This document shows positions 1-10,320 of a stretch of DNA of 64,000 nucleotides, piece by piece. The translations under genes and the position numbers were made by a program. Position 1 is the first letter of the stretch; every line of letters begins with the position of its first letter. The DNA comes from Thermoguttaceae bacterium. Its GTDB lineage: Bacteria; Planctomycetota; Planctomycetia; Pirellulales; Thermoguttaceae. Where the stretch lies: the NCBI GenBank assembly GCA_049509515.1, contig JBEKZV010000011.1, positions 63,737-127,736 of the forward strand, in the 5' to 3' direction. The notes under the pieces are model-generated. The model had not been told where the DNA came from. It saw only the letters and a program-made list of their open reading frames with translations, and did not search any database.

Positions 1-1256
1 TCCGGCACCGAGAACTTCTCGTGAATCTCGTGAAACTGCAGGATCGCGCGGTCCAGGACGTTGCGGAGCCCCGTCTGAAAATGGCTGTTCAGATAGGCCA
101 GCGCCAGGACCCCTTCATCCTCGTGGCGGACGACGTCGCAATGCCGCTCCAGGATCACCCGGTCCAGCGTGAGCGTGCCGGTCTTGTCCGTACAGAGCAC
201 GTCCATGGCGCCGAGATTCTGAATCGAGTTCAGCCGCTTGACGATCACCTTCTTCCGCGACATGCCGATCGCGCCGCGGGAGAGGCACACCGAGACGATC
301 ATCGGCAGCATCTCGGGCGTGAGGCCCACGGCCACGGCCAGTGCGAAGAAGAAGGCGTCCTTCCAGTTGCCCTTCGTCAGCCCGTTGATGAGGAACACCA
401 GGGGCACCATCACCGACATGAAATAGATCATCAGCCAGGTGAAGCGGGTCACGCCCTTGTCGAAGCTGGTGGGCACCACCTGCCCGACGATTGTCTGGGC
501 CATGGTGCCCAGGTAGGTCTTGAACCCCGTCTCGACGATCACTCCGGTGGCCGCGCCGCTTTCCACGCTGGTGCCGAGAAAACAGGTGTTCTTGAGTTCC
601 AGCACCGGCTTGGGGCCGCCGTCTTCCCTGGCGTCGAACTTCTCCACGGGCAGCGATTCCCCCGTGAGGCTCGACTGGATGACGAACAGGTCCTTGCAGG
701 ATACGATGCGGAGATCGGCCGGGATCATGTCCCCCGCCGCCAGCCGGACCACGTCGCCGGGCACCAGGTGGCCCAGCGGCAGCTCCCGCGGCTGCCCGTC
801 GCGAACCACCGTCGCCGTGACGCTGATCATGGCCTTGAGCTTGGCCGCGGCGTTGCCGGCCCGCGATTCCTGGATGAAGCGCAGGCCCACTCCCAGGACG
901 ACCATGGCCAGCATGACGGTTGGCCCCCCGGGATCGTGATCGGGGTCGCTCCACCAGGTAACGGCCGCCAACGCCAACAGCAGGATCACCAGGGGGTTGG
1001 CGCAGGCCCGGGCCAACAGTCTGACCTGTCGATACCGCTGTTCCTGCGCGACCACGTTGGGGCCGTGCTGCTGCAGGCGGCCGGCCGCATCGTCCTCGCT
1101 GAGGCCGTTGTCGCTCGTCTCCAGCCGGCGAAACACCTGCTGGGCATCACACCCGGCGACCTCCGCCAGCAGAGGTGAAACCTGAATGTGGTTCGGCGAC
1201 CTCCGCAGAGCGGTCAAGATGTTCTTCGGCAGGATGAAGGTCGGCAGGATCGACAT
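1..1256 (-). CDS. mgtA: Mg2+-transporting P-type ATPase (MgtA-like, type IIIB). The N-terminal ~418 aa lie in the window; the C-terminus runs past position 1.
   Basis: Minus-strand translation from ATG at 1256 (frame n=2 mod 3) reads MSILPTFILPKNILTALRRSP...LSEDDAAGRLQQHGPNVV...TGESLPVEK...PEMLPMIVSVCLSRGAIGMSRKKVIVKRLNSIQNLGAMDVLCTDKTGTLTLDRVILERH...LNSHFQTGLRNVLDRAIL. DKTGTLT is the P-type phosphorylation motif, and the flanking motifs follow the MgtA pattern. The ORF track omits it because its stop lies outside the window. Confidence 0.85.
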   Translation of the reverse strand, partial: MSILPTFILPKNILTALRRSPNHIQVSPLLAEVAGCDAQQVFRRLETSDNGLSEDDAAGRLQQHGPNVVAQEQRYRQVRLLARACANPLVILLLALAAVTWWSDPDHDPGGPTVMLAMVVLGVGLRFIQESRAGNAAAKLKAMISVTATVVRDGQPRELPLGHLVPGDVVRLAAGDMIPADLRIVSCKDLFVIQSSLTGESLPVEKFDAREDGGPKPVLELKNTCFLGTSVESGAATGVIVETGFKTYLGTMAQTIVGQVVPTSFDKGVTRFTWLMIYFMSVMVPLVFLINGLTKGNWKDAFFFALAVAVGLTPEMLPMIVSVCLSRGAIGMSRKKVIVKRLNSIQNLGAMDVLCTDKTGTLTLDRVILERHCDVVRHEDEGVLALAYLNSHFQTGLRNVLDRAILQFHEIHEKFSVP

Positions 1257-1450
1257 GTTCCGCTCGCAGGGAATCGCCGTTCGGCTCGCCGTCGCCCGAA
1301 TGACAGCACCGACCACAGCCCATTATAGAAGGCAAGAGCCGGCTTGCCAACCGCGGGCGGCGGGAGCGTGCGGTGGCCCGCCGACTCCGTGCTCGTGCAG
1401 GCGTGGGCATGGCGCCTGCCTGGAAGCGGACTGCGGACCGCAGTCCCCCA

Positions 1451-3073
1451 TCAGAAGATGATTTGGAACCGCGTGTAGAGCGCGTCTTCTCTGCTGAACG
1501 GGTTCACGACGTTGCCGATTTTCACCGGGCTTGCGAACGTGGCATGTTCCCAGTTGAATTGCGCCCGGGCCCACTTGTTCAAGTACCAGTTGAAGCCCAA
1601 GGTCGTCTCCGCGGCTTCGGGGCTCGAGCGGTTGGAGCTGCCCGCGGTCTCGGTGGCGAGTCTCGCCGTAAACGCCTCCTGGCCGACTTCCAGCCTTTCG
1701 ACGCGGAATACCAGTTCCCAGGCCCCCGGCGAAGTGATCGGCGCGCAAGGGTTGAAGGGACGGATCGGATCGATCTGTTGGGTGTAGTCGGTCCGCTGCT
1801 CCCCCGTCAGGAGATAAGTCACCATAAGGTAATAACCGTCGGTGGGCACCTCCACGATGGGCTTCGTGGCCGAGAGTTGCAGCATCTGGTCCTCTTGATA
1901 GTACTGCCAAGCCATCCCCAACGAGTGGTAGAAGTATACCACTTCCGGACTGATGCGATCGCGAACTCCGTTTTCCAACACGCCGGTATTGTAGGCGAAC
2001 CAGGTCACGGTAGCCGGCGTGGTTATGATGGACGGGTTCGTTGTGGGGCCGAGCGCCTCCTTCTCGACGCCCACGCCGCCGGATATCCCGACCCCGAAAC
2101 CGCGCAGAATCTCCCACCCTTCCGGATCGTTGAAAGGACGGCAGGCGATGCGACCGTTGAAGTTCTTGTGGTTGCTTGTATCGATCGTGCTGTCGTTTTG
2201 GTCGCCATTGGAAACGGCGACCCCATACTCGAACCGGTCGTCAAACAGCTTATGGCCGTGGATCATGACTCCTTCATCCCGCTGCGGCACCAGTTGATCG
2301 ATCATCGAGCGTTCCATGGTCGGCACGTAACGGTCCTGGATCAGTTGTTCGTAGCTGAACGGCTGCTTGAACTTGCCCACTTCGAATTGAAGTGCATCCC
2401 AGTAATGGACGTTCATATAGGCGTCGGTGATCGATTTGGATATCGTGCTCCCGGCGAAATCCGGCAACAAGCGAAACTCGTAGTAATCGAGCATCGTCGC
2501 CTCGATACCGAGCCGCGCGCGGCGGATGAGGAACGTATCCGGGCTGCCCGTGACCGGACTGCCCGCCACCAGCGGATTCGCGGTTGTGGACGTGTCGACG
2601 GGAGTAAGAAATCCGCGAAAATCGGCCTGGAGTTGGCCCGTGATGCGCAACAGGAACGCCTTATCGGCGGACTGCACGAAAAAGCCCTCATTCCAGCCGG
2701 CAGAACTCGTAGCGGAGGGGATGACCTCGCCGCCGGCCGGCGCAAGGGAAGCGTTCGCAGTGAACTGCTCGGCGGCCCCGCTGGGCAACATTGCGGCCGG
2801 CGCCGCGGCGGGAGCGGCCGGATCGCCCGCCGGCCATGAGACCGGCCCGGTTGGCGGCGGATTGGGGTTGCGTGCGTCTCGCAATTGCCGGACGACCGCT
2901 TCCAGATCCTGGACGCGTTGTTGGAGTTCCGCCACGGAAGCCGTGTTCGCATCCTGGCCGAGCGCATAGCCGGGCGCCGGCGCCTCCTGGCCGCGTGCCC
3001 CTGCCGGGGCCAGCACGGCAGCCAGGGCTGCGGCCCACAAGGAGAGACTCGTCTTGAAAACCCGCCCGCACAT
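1451..3073 (-). CDS. OprO/OprP-like (phosphate-selective porin O/P family) outer-membrane beta-barrel
   Basis: The 591-aa ORF is 1451..3226. The likely start is the internal Met at 3073, which gives a signal peptide MCGRVFKTSLSLWAAALAAVLAPAGA. A coiled-coil segment follows the signal, the body is aromatic-rich with alternating residues, and the C-terminus is ...YTRFQIIF (terminal Phe, typical of outer-membrane proteins). Confidence 0.7.
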   Translation of the reverse strand: MCGRVFKTSLSLWAAALAAVLAPAGARGQEAPAPGYALGQDANTASVAELQQRVQDLEAVVRQLRDARNPNPPPTGPVSWPAGDPAAPAAAPAAMLPSGAAEQFTANASLAPAGGEVIPSATSSAGWNEGFFVQSADKAFLLRITGQLQADFRGFLTPVDTSTTANPLVAGSPVTGSPDTFLIRRARLGIEATMLDYYEFRLLPDFAGSTISKSITDAYMNVHYWDALQFEVGKFKQPFSYEQLIQDRYVPTMERSMIDQLVPQRDEGVMIHGHKLFDDRFEYGVAVSNGDQNDSTIDTSNHKNFNGRIACRPFNDPEGWEILRGFGVGISGGVGVEKEALGPTTNPSIITTPATVTWFAYNTGVLENGVRDRISPEVVYFYHSLGMAWQYYQEDQMLQLSATKPIVEVPTDGYYLMVTYLLTGEQRTDYTQQIDPIRPFNPCAPITSPGAWELVFRVERLEVGQEAFTARLATETAGSSNRSSPEAAETTLGFNWYLNKWARAQFNWEHATFASPVKIGNVVNPFSREDALYTRFQIIF

Positions 3074-3496
3074 CTTTCCCCTCCGAGAAGGATGCAACGC
3101 TCCGTCGCTCCCCGCCTGAAGGAAATACAGTCCTCCCCGGCATAGCCCGCAGCAGCGGCGCCCGCAGTCCTCCACGTTTCTTTGATCGAAACGGCAAATG
3201 CGTGAACTTCGCTGTTTCAATGACAAACGGCGCGTCTGGACCCTGCGCCGCGCGGCACTTTCAGTACATCGCGAACCATCCGATTCCTCCGCGATTCCGG
3301 CCTTTCCGGCAATGCGGGTTGTGTCGATCGCGCGGCCGCTACAAGCGGCAGAGAGCGTTCTTTCGCAACCGGCGTGCCGACCCGCAAGAAAGCACCGCGC
3401 CGGCCACCCCCGCGGAGAGTGGGTAATCTGTGCCGAAGGTATCGCCGGTGCGCGGCGATCCGCCGCCCGCAGGCCGTCGGCCTTGAAGGCCGGCCG

Positions 3497-5548
3497 TCAC
3501 CGCGGATGGTCGGCCGTGCCGGGCAACGGGGCGCTCTTCCCGCTCTGTGCTTCGACGTTGGTGCCGACGGGCGAAAGGACCGACGCGATCGACTCGACCA
3601 GGCGTTCGCGGGGGACGGGCTTCGTCAGGTGGACGGCAAAGCCCGCTTCCTGGCTCCGCAAGATGTCCTCCGCCTGCCCGTAGCCGCTCAGCGCAATTCC
3701 GGGAAACTTGCGCCCTTGCGAGCGCAACTGGCGCATCAGGTCGTGCCCGCTGCCGTCCGGCAATCCCAAATCGCTGACGAGCAGGTCAAAGGGGTGCCGG
3801 TCGGCCAGCTCCAGTGCCGTGGCCACGTCGCCCGCCGTTTCGACCTCGTGCCCGTCCGCGGTCAACACCTGGCACATCAACTTCGCCGTGACGCCGTGGT
3901 CTTCGACCAGCAGGATTCGTAGCGGGCCGACGGCGGGTTTGCGGGACGCGCCTGCGGGCGCCCCGGCGGGGGCGAGCGTTTCGGCCTGGCCGGGGGCCGC
4001 AGCCAACGGCAGCAGGACGCGGAACGTCGCGCCCTTGCCCCGGCCCTCGCTGCTGGCCTCGATGCTGCCGCCGTGCATCTGGACCATCGCTTTGCTGATC
4101 GCCAGGCCCAATCCCAACCCGCCGAACTGCCGGCTGATGGATCGCTCCGCCTGCTCGAAGGCGTTGAACAGCCGCGGCAGCGCCTGCGGGTCGATGCCGA
4201 TGCCGCTGTCGCTGACTTCCACAGCCACGCGCCCCTGCCCGTCGAGGCGGCAGCGGACGCCCACGCAGCCCTCGCGCGGCGTGAACTTGATGGCGTTCTT
4301 CAAGAGATTCCAGAACACCTGCTGGAGACGGGTGATGTCGGCTTCCACCCAGTACGGCGCGTCCGGCCCCATTTCCACGCCGAACTTCAGTTTTCGCGCT
4401 TCGATGTCGGGCCGGCACACCTCGACGGCATAGTCGATCACCATGCCGAGGTCCACTCGCTGTTTGTAGAGCTCGACCGTGCCCCGCGAAATCCGCGTAA
4501 TGTCCAACAGGTCGTCGATCAGCCGGGCTTCCATCTCGGCGCTGCGGCGGACGATCTGCAGCGTCTCGCGCATGTCCCGGTCCAAGTCCTTTCGGTCTTG
4601 GAGCATCGACACGCCCATCACCACGGGCGCCAGCGGCGTGCGCAGCTCGTGGCTCAGGACGGCCAGGAAATAATCCTTGGCGCGGTTGGCGAGCTCGGCG
4701 ACGGCCTTGGCCCGCTCGGCCGAATCCTTCGCTGCGCGGAGCTCGGCCTCCATTTGCTTCCGCTCGCTGATGTCCTGGACCAGGACCAGAATGCAATCCA
4801 GCGTACCATCGTCCCTCCTCATGCACTGTGCCGAGAGGCTGGCGTAGACGATCTTGCCTTTCTTGCAGACGAAGCGTCGATCCGCGACATAGCCTTTGAT
4901 GACGCCGCCCAGCATCCGCTGGAACTGCGCCTCGTCGCCGGGCAAGTCGTCGGGATAGGTCAAGTCGGTCCAGGCTTTCTTGGTCAGTTCCTCTTCCGCA
5001 TAGCCGAGCATCCGGCACAGGCGATGGTTGACCTCGATCCAATCCTTGTCCGCCGACAACATCGCCATGCCCACCAATCCTTGCTCGAAATACCCGCGGA
5101 ACCGCTGCTCGCTTTCGAGCAGCCATTGCTCGGCCCGCTGGCGATCGGCAATCTCCTTTTGCAGCCCGCGATTGGCGTCCGCCAGCTCGGCATGCGCGGC
5201 CTCGGTCCGGCGACGGCTCGCGTGCAGCGATTCGCTCAGCAGGGCCACGACGACGCCCACGAAAAGATACAGCCCGAGGCTGACCTGGTGTTCCAGATCG
5301 TGGATCACGAACGATCCCCGCGGCTGGATGAACAAGTAGGTCGCCAACAGGGCGCCGGACACGAGGGCCAGCAAGGAAGGGCCAAGACCGCCGTACCAGG
5401 CGGTCAACATGATGGCCACGAAATACGCGGAGAAAGGCGCCGCATCCTCCAGCGCCGGGTCGAGCATCTTCCGCAGCAGCGTCGCCAGCACGGTGGCGAC
5501 GACGGCCACCCCGTATCGCAACAGCAGCGAACGCCGGGTTCTCGACAT
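3497..5548 (-). CDS. Hybrid sensor histidine kinase / response regulator (N-terminal membrane sensor, PAS, HisKA, HATPase_c, C-terminal receiver)
   Basis: 683 aa. Contains an N-terminal KdpD-like membrane sensor segment and a PAS-like region. HisKA H-box LSHELRTPL. HATPase motifs NLLKNAIKFT and GGLGLGLAISK. C-terminal REC domain ILLVEDHGV...LLVSDLGLPDGSG...HLTKP. Only 42 bp separate it from the upstream membrane-fusion gene. Confidence 0.85.
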   Translation of the reverse strand: MSRTRRSLLLRYGVAVVATVLATLLRKMLDPALEDAAPFSAYFVAIMLTAWYGGLGPSLLALVSGALLATYLFIQPRGSFVIHDLEHQVSLGLYLFVGVVVALLSESLHASRRRTEAAHAELADANRGLQKEIADRQRAEQWLLESEQRFRGYFEQGLVGMAMLSADKDWIEVNHRLCRMLGYAEEELTKKAWTDLTYPDDLPGDEAQFQRMLGGVIKGYVADRRFVCKKGKIVYASLSAQCMRRDDGTLDCILVLVQDISERKQMEAELRAAKDSAERAKAVAELANRAKDYFLAVLSHELRTPLAPVVMGVSMLQDRKDLDRDMRETLQIVRRSAEMEARLIDDLLDITRISRGTVELYKQRVDLGMVIDYAVEVCRPDIEARKLKFGVEMGPDAPYWVEADITRLQQVFWNLLKNAIKFTPREGCVGVRCRLDGQGRVAVEVSDSGIGIDPQALPRLFNAFEQAERSISRQFGGLGLGLAISKAMVQMHGGSIEASSEGRGKGATFRVLLPLAAAPGQAETLAPAGAPAGASRKPAVGPLRILLVEDHGVTAKLMCQVLTADGHEVETAGDVATALELADRHPFDLLVSDLGLPDGSGHDLMRQLRSQGRKFPGIALSGYGQAEDILRSQEAGFAVHLTKPVPRERLVESIASVLSPVGTNVEAQSGKSAPLPGTADHPR

Positions 5549-5590
5549 CGGCTTCCTCCCAATCCTCGACGGAGGTTCCCGGCAGCGGGA

Positions 5591-7000
5591 TCATTGAGCT
5601 GCTTTCTGGGCGACCTGTACGGTTTGGCCGTCCGTCAGCTCGCTGAGGTCGGCCAGGATGACCTGCTCATCGCCCGTAACCTTCCGCCAGGAATCGCCGG
5701 TCTTAACGCGGTCGATCTCGATCCACGTTCCGTCGCTGACGCCCACCTGCACCGAGGTCTTGACGGCCTTTGTGCCGCGGAGCAGGTAGCAATAGGTCTG
5801 ATTGCCCGACCCCATTGTCGCTTGTTGCGGCACGGCGTACACGTTGGACCGCTGGACGAGCACCTTGGCGTAGACGTACAGTCCGGGCCGCAGGCCATCC
5901 TTGACGGGCAAGTCGATCTCCGCCCGCAGCGTATGGTTCTTCTCTCGTATCGCCCATGAGGTGCGGGTCACGGTGGCGGGTATCTGCAAGCCGCTCAACG
6001 CTTGGGCCCGCACCACGGCCTTGGTCCCCGGCTGCACGTAACGGGCCTTCTCCTCGGGAACGTCCACGAAAACCCGCACCAGGTCGTTGCGCACCACCAC
6101 GAAGATCGCGGAGGGATTGGCGGTCGATTTGTCGCCCATGACCGCCTGCACGTAGTCCTGGGTGTTGGCGTTGCGGTCCGTCACCACGCCGTCGTAGGGG
6201 GCGGTCACTTTGGTATAGGCCAGCATGGCGGCCGCCATGCGCTCGTCGGCCTTGGACACCTTGACCTTGGCCTTTTGGGTCTCCACGTCGATCTTGGCCT
6301 TTCCCAGGTTGGCCTCGGCGGTCACTCGATCCGCTTCCCGCGCGGCCACGGCGGCCACCGCGGCGTCGCGGGCGGCTTTGCTCGAATCGAGTTGCCTCTG
6401 CGTCTCGGCGAGCACCTGCCTGTCCACAACCTTCTCCATGACCATCTGGGTCAGGCGTTGCACCTCGGACTCCCAGCGGACGACCTCGGCCTGGAACTTG
6501 CCCACGTTGGCTTTGGCCTCGGTCACCTGGGCGATCGCCGTCTGCACGTTGCTCTCGGCCACCTTCACCAACTGCCCGGTCTGCTCGAGCCGCGTTTCGT
6601 CCCACTCGACCTGTGCCGCCTTCCGCTGGTGGTCTTCGTCCAGCTCGGGAACGTCTATCTCCACCAGGAGATCGTCCTTTTTCACCGCGTCCCCGATGTC
6701 CACGTAGAAATGCTTGATGAACCCGGAGACCTTGGCAAAAATCGCGGTTCGCTCGAAGGCCTCCACGGATCCGGGGTTGTCGATGGCGTAGTCGATGGTC
6801 CGCAGCTCGGGTTTGACGACGTGTACCACGGCGGCGCCGTTGCCGGAACGCCCTGCCTCCGCCTGCCCGTAATCGCCTTTGCGGCAACCTATCGCCAGGG
6901 CGGCCAGGACCGCCAGGCCCAAGACACCGCCGGCCGCAACGCCGCATGAGGCTCGCCGCGCGTGGGCGGGCGTTCGCTCGGTCGAAGGCAAATTCCGCAT
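5591..7000 (-). CDS. RND efflux periplasmic adaptor (membrane fusion protein, HlyD/AcrA family)
   Basis: 469 aa with an N-terminal TM or signal segment, a biotinyl/lipoyl-like segment (KVSGFIKHFYVDIGDAVKKDDLL), long coiled coils and a beta-barrel C-terminus. Its ATG overlaps the stop of the upstream RND permease at position 7000 (ATGnTGA-style overlap). Confidence 0.85.
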   Translation of the reverse strand: MRNLPSTERTPAHARRASCGVAAGGVLGLAVLAALAIGCRKGDYGQAEAGRSGNGAAVVHVVKPELRTIDYAIDNPGSVEAFERTAIFAKVSGFIKHFYVDIGDAVKKDDLLVEIDVPELDEDHQRKAAQVEWDETRLEQTGQLVKVAESNVQTAIAQVTEAKANVGKFQAEVVRWESEVQRLTQMVMEKVVDRQVLAETQRQLDSSKAARDAAVAAVAAREADRVTAEANLGKAKIDVETQKAKVKVSKADERMAAAMLAYTKVTAPYDGVVTDRNANTQDYVQAVMGDKSTANPSAIFVVVRNDLVRVFVDVPEEKARYVQPGTKAVVRAQALSGLQIPATVTRTSWAIREKNHTLRAEIDLPVKDGLRPGLYVYAKVLVQRSNVYAVPQQATMGSGNQTYCYLLRGTKAVKTSVQVGVSDGTWIEIDRVKTGDSWRKVTGDEQVILADLSELTDGQTVQVAQKAAQ

Positions 7001-10000
7001 CAGTAATAGTCTCCGCCAAGTACGGTTCGACGCTCATCGGGCTGGGGGCCTCCGTGGGCGGCCCCCGCCGCGTGCTCGCCGGTATCATAATGCCGGCTGG
7101 AAGAATCGTCGGGATCGATCGACGGCGAGACCTTCTTCTTGTCGCCCATCACCAGGGCGAAGATGGCCGGCACGACCAGGAGCGTGGCGAAGGTCGAGAC
7201 CAACAGCCCGCCGATCACGGCCCGCCCCAGCGGGGCGGTCATTTCGCTGCCCTCTTCCAGCGCCAAGGCCATGGGCAGCGTGCCCAGCAGCATGGCGATG
7301 GCCGTCATCAGCACCGGGCGGAGCCGGTCGCGAGCCCCTTCGACCGCCGCCTGCCGGACCGTCGCGCCGGCCCGCCAGTGATCGTCCATGAAGGTGGAGA
7401 GCAGCACCGAGTTGGAGACGGAGACCCCGACGCACATGATCGAGCCCATGAACGACTCGATGTTCAGCGTCGTGCCGGTCAGCAACAGGATGCTCGCCAC
7501 GCCGCACACCACGCCCGGCACCGCCCCGATGGACACCAGCCCCAGCCGGAACGACTGGAAGTAGCCGGTCAACATGACCAGGATCACCACGACGGACAGG
7601 GCCAGGCCGAAGGCCAGCGACTGGAACATCTCCGTCATGGGGGCGACCTGGCCGCGGACCTGGACCCGCACCCCGCGGGGCATCTCCCCGGCATCGGCGA
7701 TGGCCTGGGCCTCGGCAGCCTCGATGGCCTCGGCGATCTCGACCGACGCCCGCCCCAGGTCTTCCCCCTCGACGTTGGCCGTGATGCTCAGGTAGCGCTG
7801 CATGGAGCTGCGATCGATCTGGCCGGGCGTGGTGCCGGTGCGCACGCTGGCCACGTCGCGGACCACCAGGTTGCTGCTGTCGGTGACCTTTTCGATGGGC
7901 AACGTCTCCACCTGTTGGGCCCGGTTCATGCGCTGCAAAGGCACCTGGACCTGGACCTGGTAATCCACGCCGGTGTGCGGGTCGCGCCAGTAGTTTTTGG
8001 CCACGTAGCGGCTGGAGGAAGTGCCCACCAGAAGCGCGTCGGTAACGTCCTTGATCGTCACGCCGCTCAGTCCCGCCTTCTCGCGGTCGATGTCCACCTG
8101 CACGGTCGGGTAATCGAGTTGCTGGTAAAGCTGCACGTCTTTGAGGCTGGGAATGTTCTGCATCTCGTGGAGGACCCGCAGCGCGTGCCGGCGCACGTCG
8201 GCCAGCTCCGGGCCGACCACCATGACCTCGACCGGGGTCGGCGAGCCGAAGCTCATCACCTCGCTGACGATGTCGCCCGGCTCGAAACTGAAGGAAATCT
8301 TCGCGGCCATCGACTGCGCTTCCGCGGCCGAGTACCCGTTCCGCTGCAATTCCTCTTTCAGCCACGGGACCAGCTCGTCGGGCAACGCCTTGCGCAGGCG
8401 CTGGCGCAGGTCCGCAAGGTGCAGCTCCGTCCCCGGCGCCAACCGCACGCGCATCTGCCCGTCGTCCGGGCCGCGCATGAAGAGCAGCATGTTGTTCGTG
8501 GCGGTGTTGGTGGCCGCCATGCCGACGTAGCCCATCGAGATCGCCACCTGGTGCTCGGTTTGCTCGTCGAAGACCTCCAGCATTTTGAGCGCCAACTTCC
8601 GCGTGACTTCGTAGTCGGAGCCCGGGGGCGCGCGGAAGCGGATCACGAACTGGCCCGCGTCCACCTGCGGAAACAGCTCGGTGCCCACCCGGATGCCGAC
8701 TTGCCAGAAGAGCAGGCCGCACGCCGCGAGGTAGGCCGGGACGGCGATCCACCGCAGCCGCACCACGGCCCCGACCAGCACCGCGAAGGGGGGCAGAACG
8801 CGGTCGAAAAGGCCCTCCTTGTGGGCCGCCTCGCCCCCGTGTTTCATGAGCCAAACCGAGAGCACCGGCACGAGGGTGCTGGAGAGCAGGTAGGACGCGA
8901 CCATCGAGAATCCCACCGCCAGGGTCAGCGGCATGAACAGCGAGCGGACCGGCTCGTTCAAGATGAACGTGGGAATGAACACCGACAGGATGCAGAGCAT
9001 GGCCAACAGCCGCGCCGTGGCCGTGGCCGCAGCGGCCCGCCGCGCCGCGCGGGCCACGGAGTCCGTGCGCTTCATCTGCGCATGGGTATTCTCGATGGTG
9101 ACCACGGCCTCGTCCACGAGAATCCCGATCGCCAGTGCCAACCCGCCCAGCGACATGATGTTCAGCGTGTTCCCGGTAAGCCGCAGGCCGATCAAGGCCG
9201 AGGTCAGCGAGCAGGGAATGCTCACCAGCACCACGACCACGCTCCGCACGTCCTGGAGAAACAGCAGGATCATCAGCCCCGTCAGCCCGGCGCCGATCAG
9301 GCCCTCGGTGCCCACGCTCCAGATCGCCGCCTTCACTGTCGGCGATTCGTCGAACTCGTAACGCACGCGGACGTCCGGGGGCACCACGTCTTGGAAAAGG
9401 TGCATCGACTTGTGGATCAGGTTCACCACGGTCAGCGTCGAAGCGGTGTCTTTCTTCACCACCGGGATGTAGATCGACTTGCGGCCGTTCACCAGCGCGC
9501 AGCCGTAGTTGATGTCCGTGCCGTCCAGAATGCCGTTGTGGGCGGTGACCACGTCGCGAATGTAGACGTTGCTGCCGGGATGAATGGGAATGTCGCCCAG
9601 GGTCTGCGGATCGGCGACCATCGCGTTGGTGGGCACCAGCGGCATTTGCGCCGGCAAGTACAAATTGCCGGAAGGCGTGACCACGTTGCCGGTCCCCAAG
9701 GCATTCACCACGTCCTCGGGCGAGAAGTTGTGCGCCCGCAACCGATCGGGATCGACCGTAATCACGATCGCCCGCGTATTGCTGCCGAAGGGCGCGAACG
9801 AGATCGTGCCCGGCAACTGGGCAATCAGCATCGGCCGGATCTTTTGCATCCCCAGGTCGGCCAACTCCCCCAGCGGGCGGCTCTTGCTCTCCAGCACGAT
9901 GTAGCCGATGGGCACGTTCGCGGCGTCGAAACGCATTACGAAAGGCGGCAACACGCTGGGGGGCATCTGCCCGCGGGCACGGTTCGCCAGGCTGACCACC

Positions 10001-10320
10001 TGGGACATCGCCGCCGACATGTCCGTCTCCGGGTAAAAGGTCAGCTTCAACAGAACCATATTCTGAATGTTCTTGGATTCGATCCCCTTCAGCCCGTCCA
10101 CGTACTGGAAGTTCAACTCGTAGACGTTGGTGATGATCCCCTCGATCTGCGAGGGGTCCATCCCCGCGAAGTTGTTCAGCACATAGATTTGCGGGGCGTT
10201 GATGGCGGGGAAGATGTCCACCCGCATCTTGGTCAGGGCCAGTCCGCCCGCTCCCAGGACGGCCACGATAATCATGACCAGCGTGACCGGCCGCCGCATT
10301 GCGAACACGGTAAGGTTCAT
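7000..10320 (-). CDS. RND superfamily efflux permease (AcrB/CzcA/CusA superfamily)
   Basis: 1106 aa and predicted 12 TM segments. Begins MNLTVFAMRRPVTLVMIIVAVLGAGG. Contains the TM4 motif ALAIGILVDEAVVTIEN and two large periplasmic loops. Translationally coupled to the downstream adaptor gene. Confidence 0.9.
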   Translation of the reverse strand: MNLTVFAMRRPVTLVMIIVAVLGAGGLALTKMRVDIFPAINAPQIYVLNNFAGMDPSQIEGIITNVYELNFQYVDGLKGIESKNIQNMVLLKLTFYPETDMSAAMSQVVSLANRARGQMPPSVLPPFVMRFDAANVPIGYIVLESKSRPLGELADLGMQKIRPMLIAQLPGTISFAPFGSNTRAIVITVDPDRLRAHNFSPEDVVNALGTGNVVTPSGNLYLPAQMPLVPTNAMVADPQTLGDIPIHPGSNVYIRDVVTAHNGILDGTDINYGCALVNGRKSIYIPVVKKDTASTLTVVNLIHKSMHLFQDVVPPDVRVRYEFDESPTVKAAIWSVGTEGLIGAGLTGLMILLFLQDVRSVVVVLVSIPCSLTSALIGLRLTGNTLNIMSLGGLALAIGILVDEAVVTIENTHAQMKRTDSVARAARRAAAATATARLLAMLCILSVFIPTFILNEPVRSLFMPLTLAVGFSMVASYLLSSTLVPVLSVWLMKHGGEAAHKEGLFDRVLPPFAVLVGAVVRLRWIAVPAYLAACGLLFWQVGIRVGTELFPQVDAGQFVIRFRAPPGSDYEVTRKLALKMLEVFDEQTEHQVAISMGYVGMAATNTATNNMLLFMRGPDDGQMRVRLAPGTELHLADLRQRLRKALPDELVPWLKEELQRNGYSAAEAQSMAAKISFSFEPGDIVSEVMSFGSPTPVEVMVVGPELADVRRHALRVLHEMQNIPSLKDVQLYQQLDYPTVQVDIDREKAGLSGVTIKDVTDALLVGTSSSRYVAKNYWRDPHTGVDYQVQVQVPLQRMNRAQQVETLPIEKVTDSSNLVVRDVASVRTGTTPGQIDRSSMQRYLSITANVEGEDLGRASVEIAEAIEAAEAQAIADAGEMPRGVRVQVRGQVAPMTEMFQSLAFGLALSVVVILVMLTGYFQSFRLGLVSIGAVPGVVCGVASILLLTGTTLNIESFMGSIMCVGVSVSNSVLLSTFMDDHWRAGATVRQAAVEGARDRLRPVLMTAIAMLLGTLPMALALEEGSEMTAPLGRAVIGGLLVSTFATLLVVPAIFALVMGDKKKVSPSIDPDDSSSRHYDTGEHAAGAAHGGPQPDERRTVLGGDYY

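Noticed and set aside
21-1178. 385-aa plus-strand ORF overlapping mgtA, and a 279-aa minus-strand ORF (115..954) in another frame
   Set aside because: Both have Arg/Gly/His/Pro-rich composition typical of non-coding frames in GC-rich DNA. The minus-strand frame with DKTGTLT is clearly the real P-type ATPase gene.
1257-1450. Calling the mgtA leader an M-box (ykoK) Mg2+ riboswitch
   Set aside because: I could not find the conserved M-box sequence blocks. I kept it only as a candidate structured leader pending a covariance-model scan.
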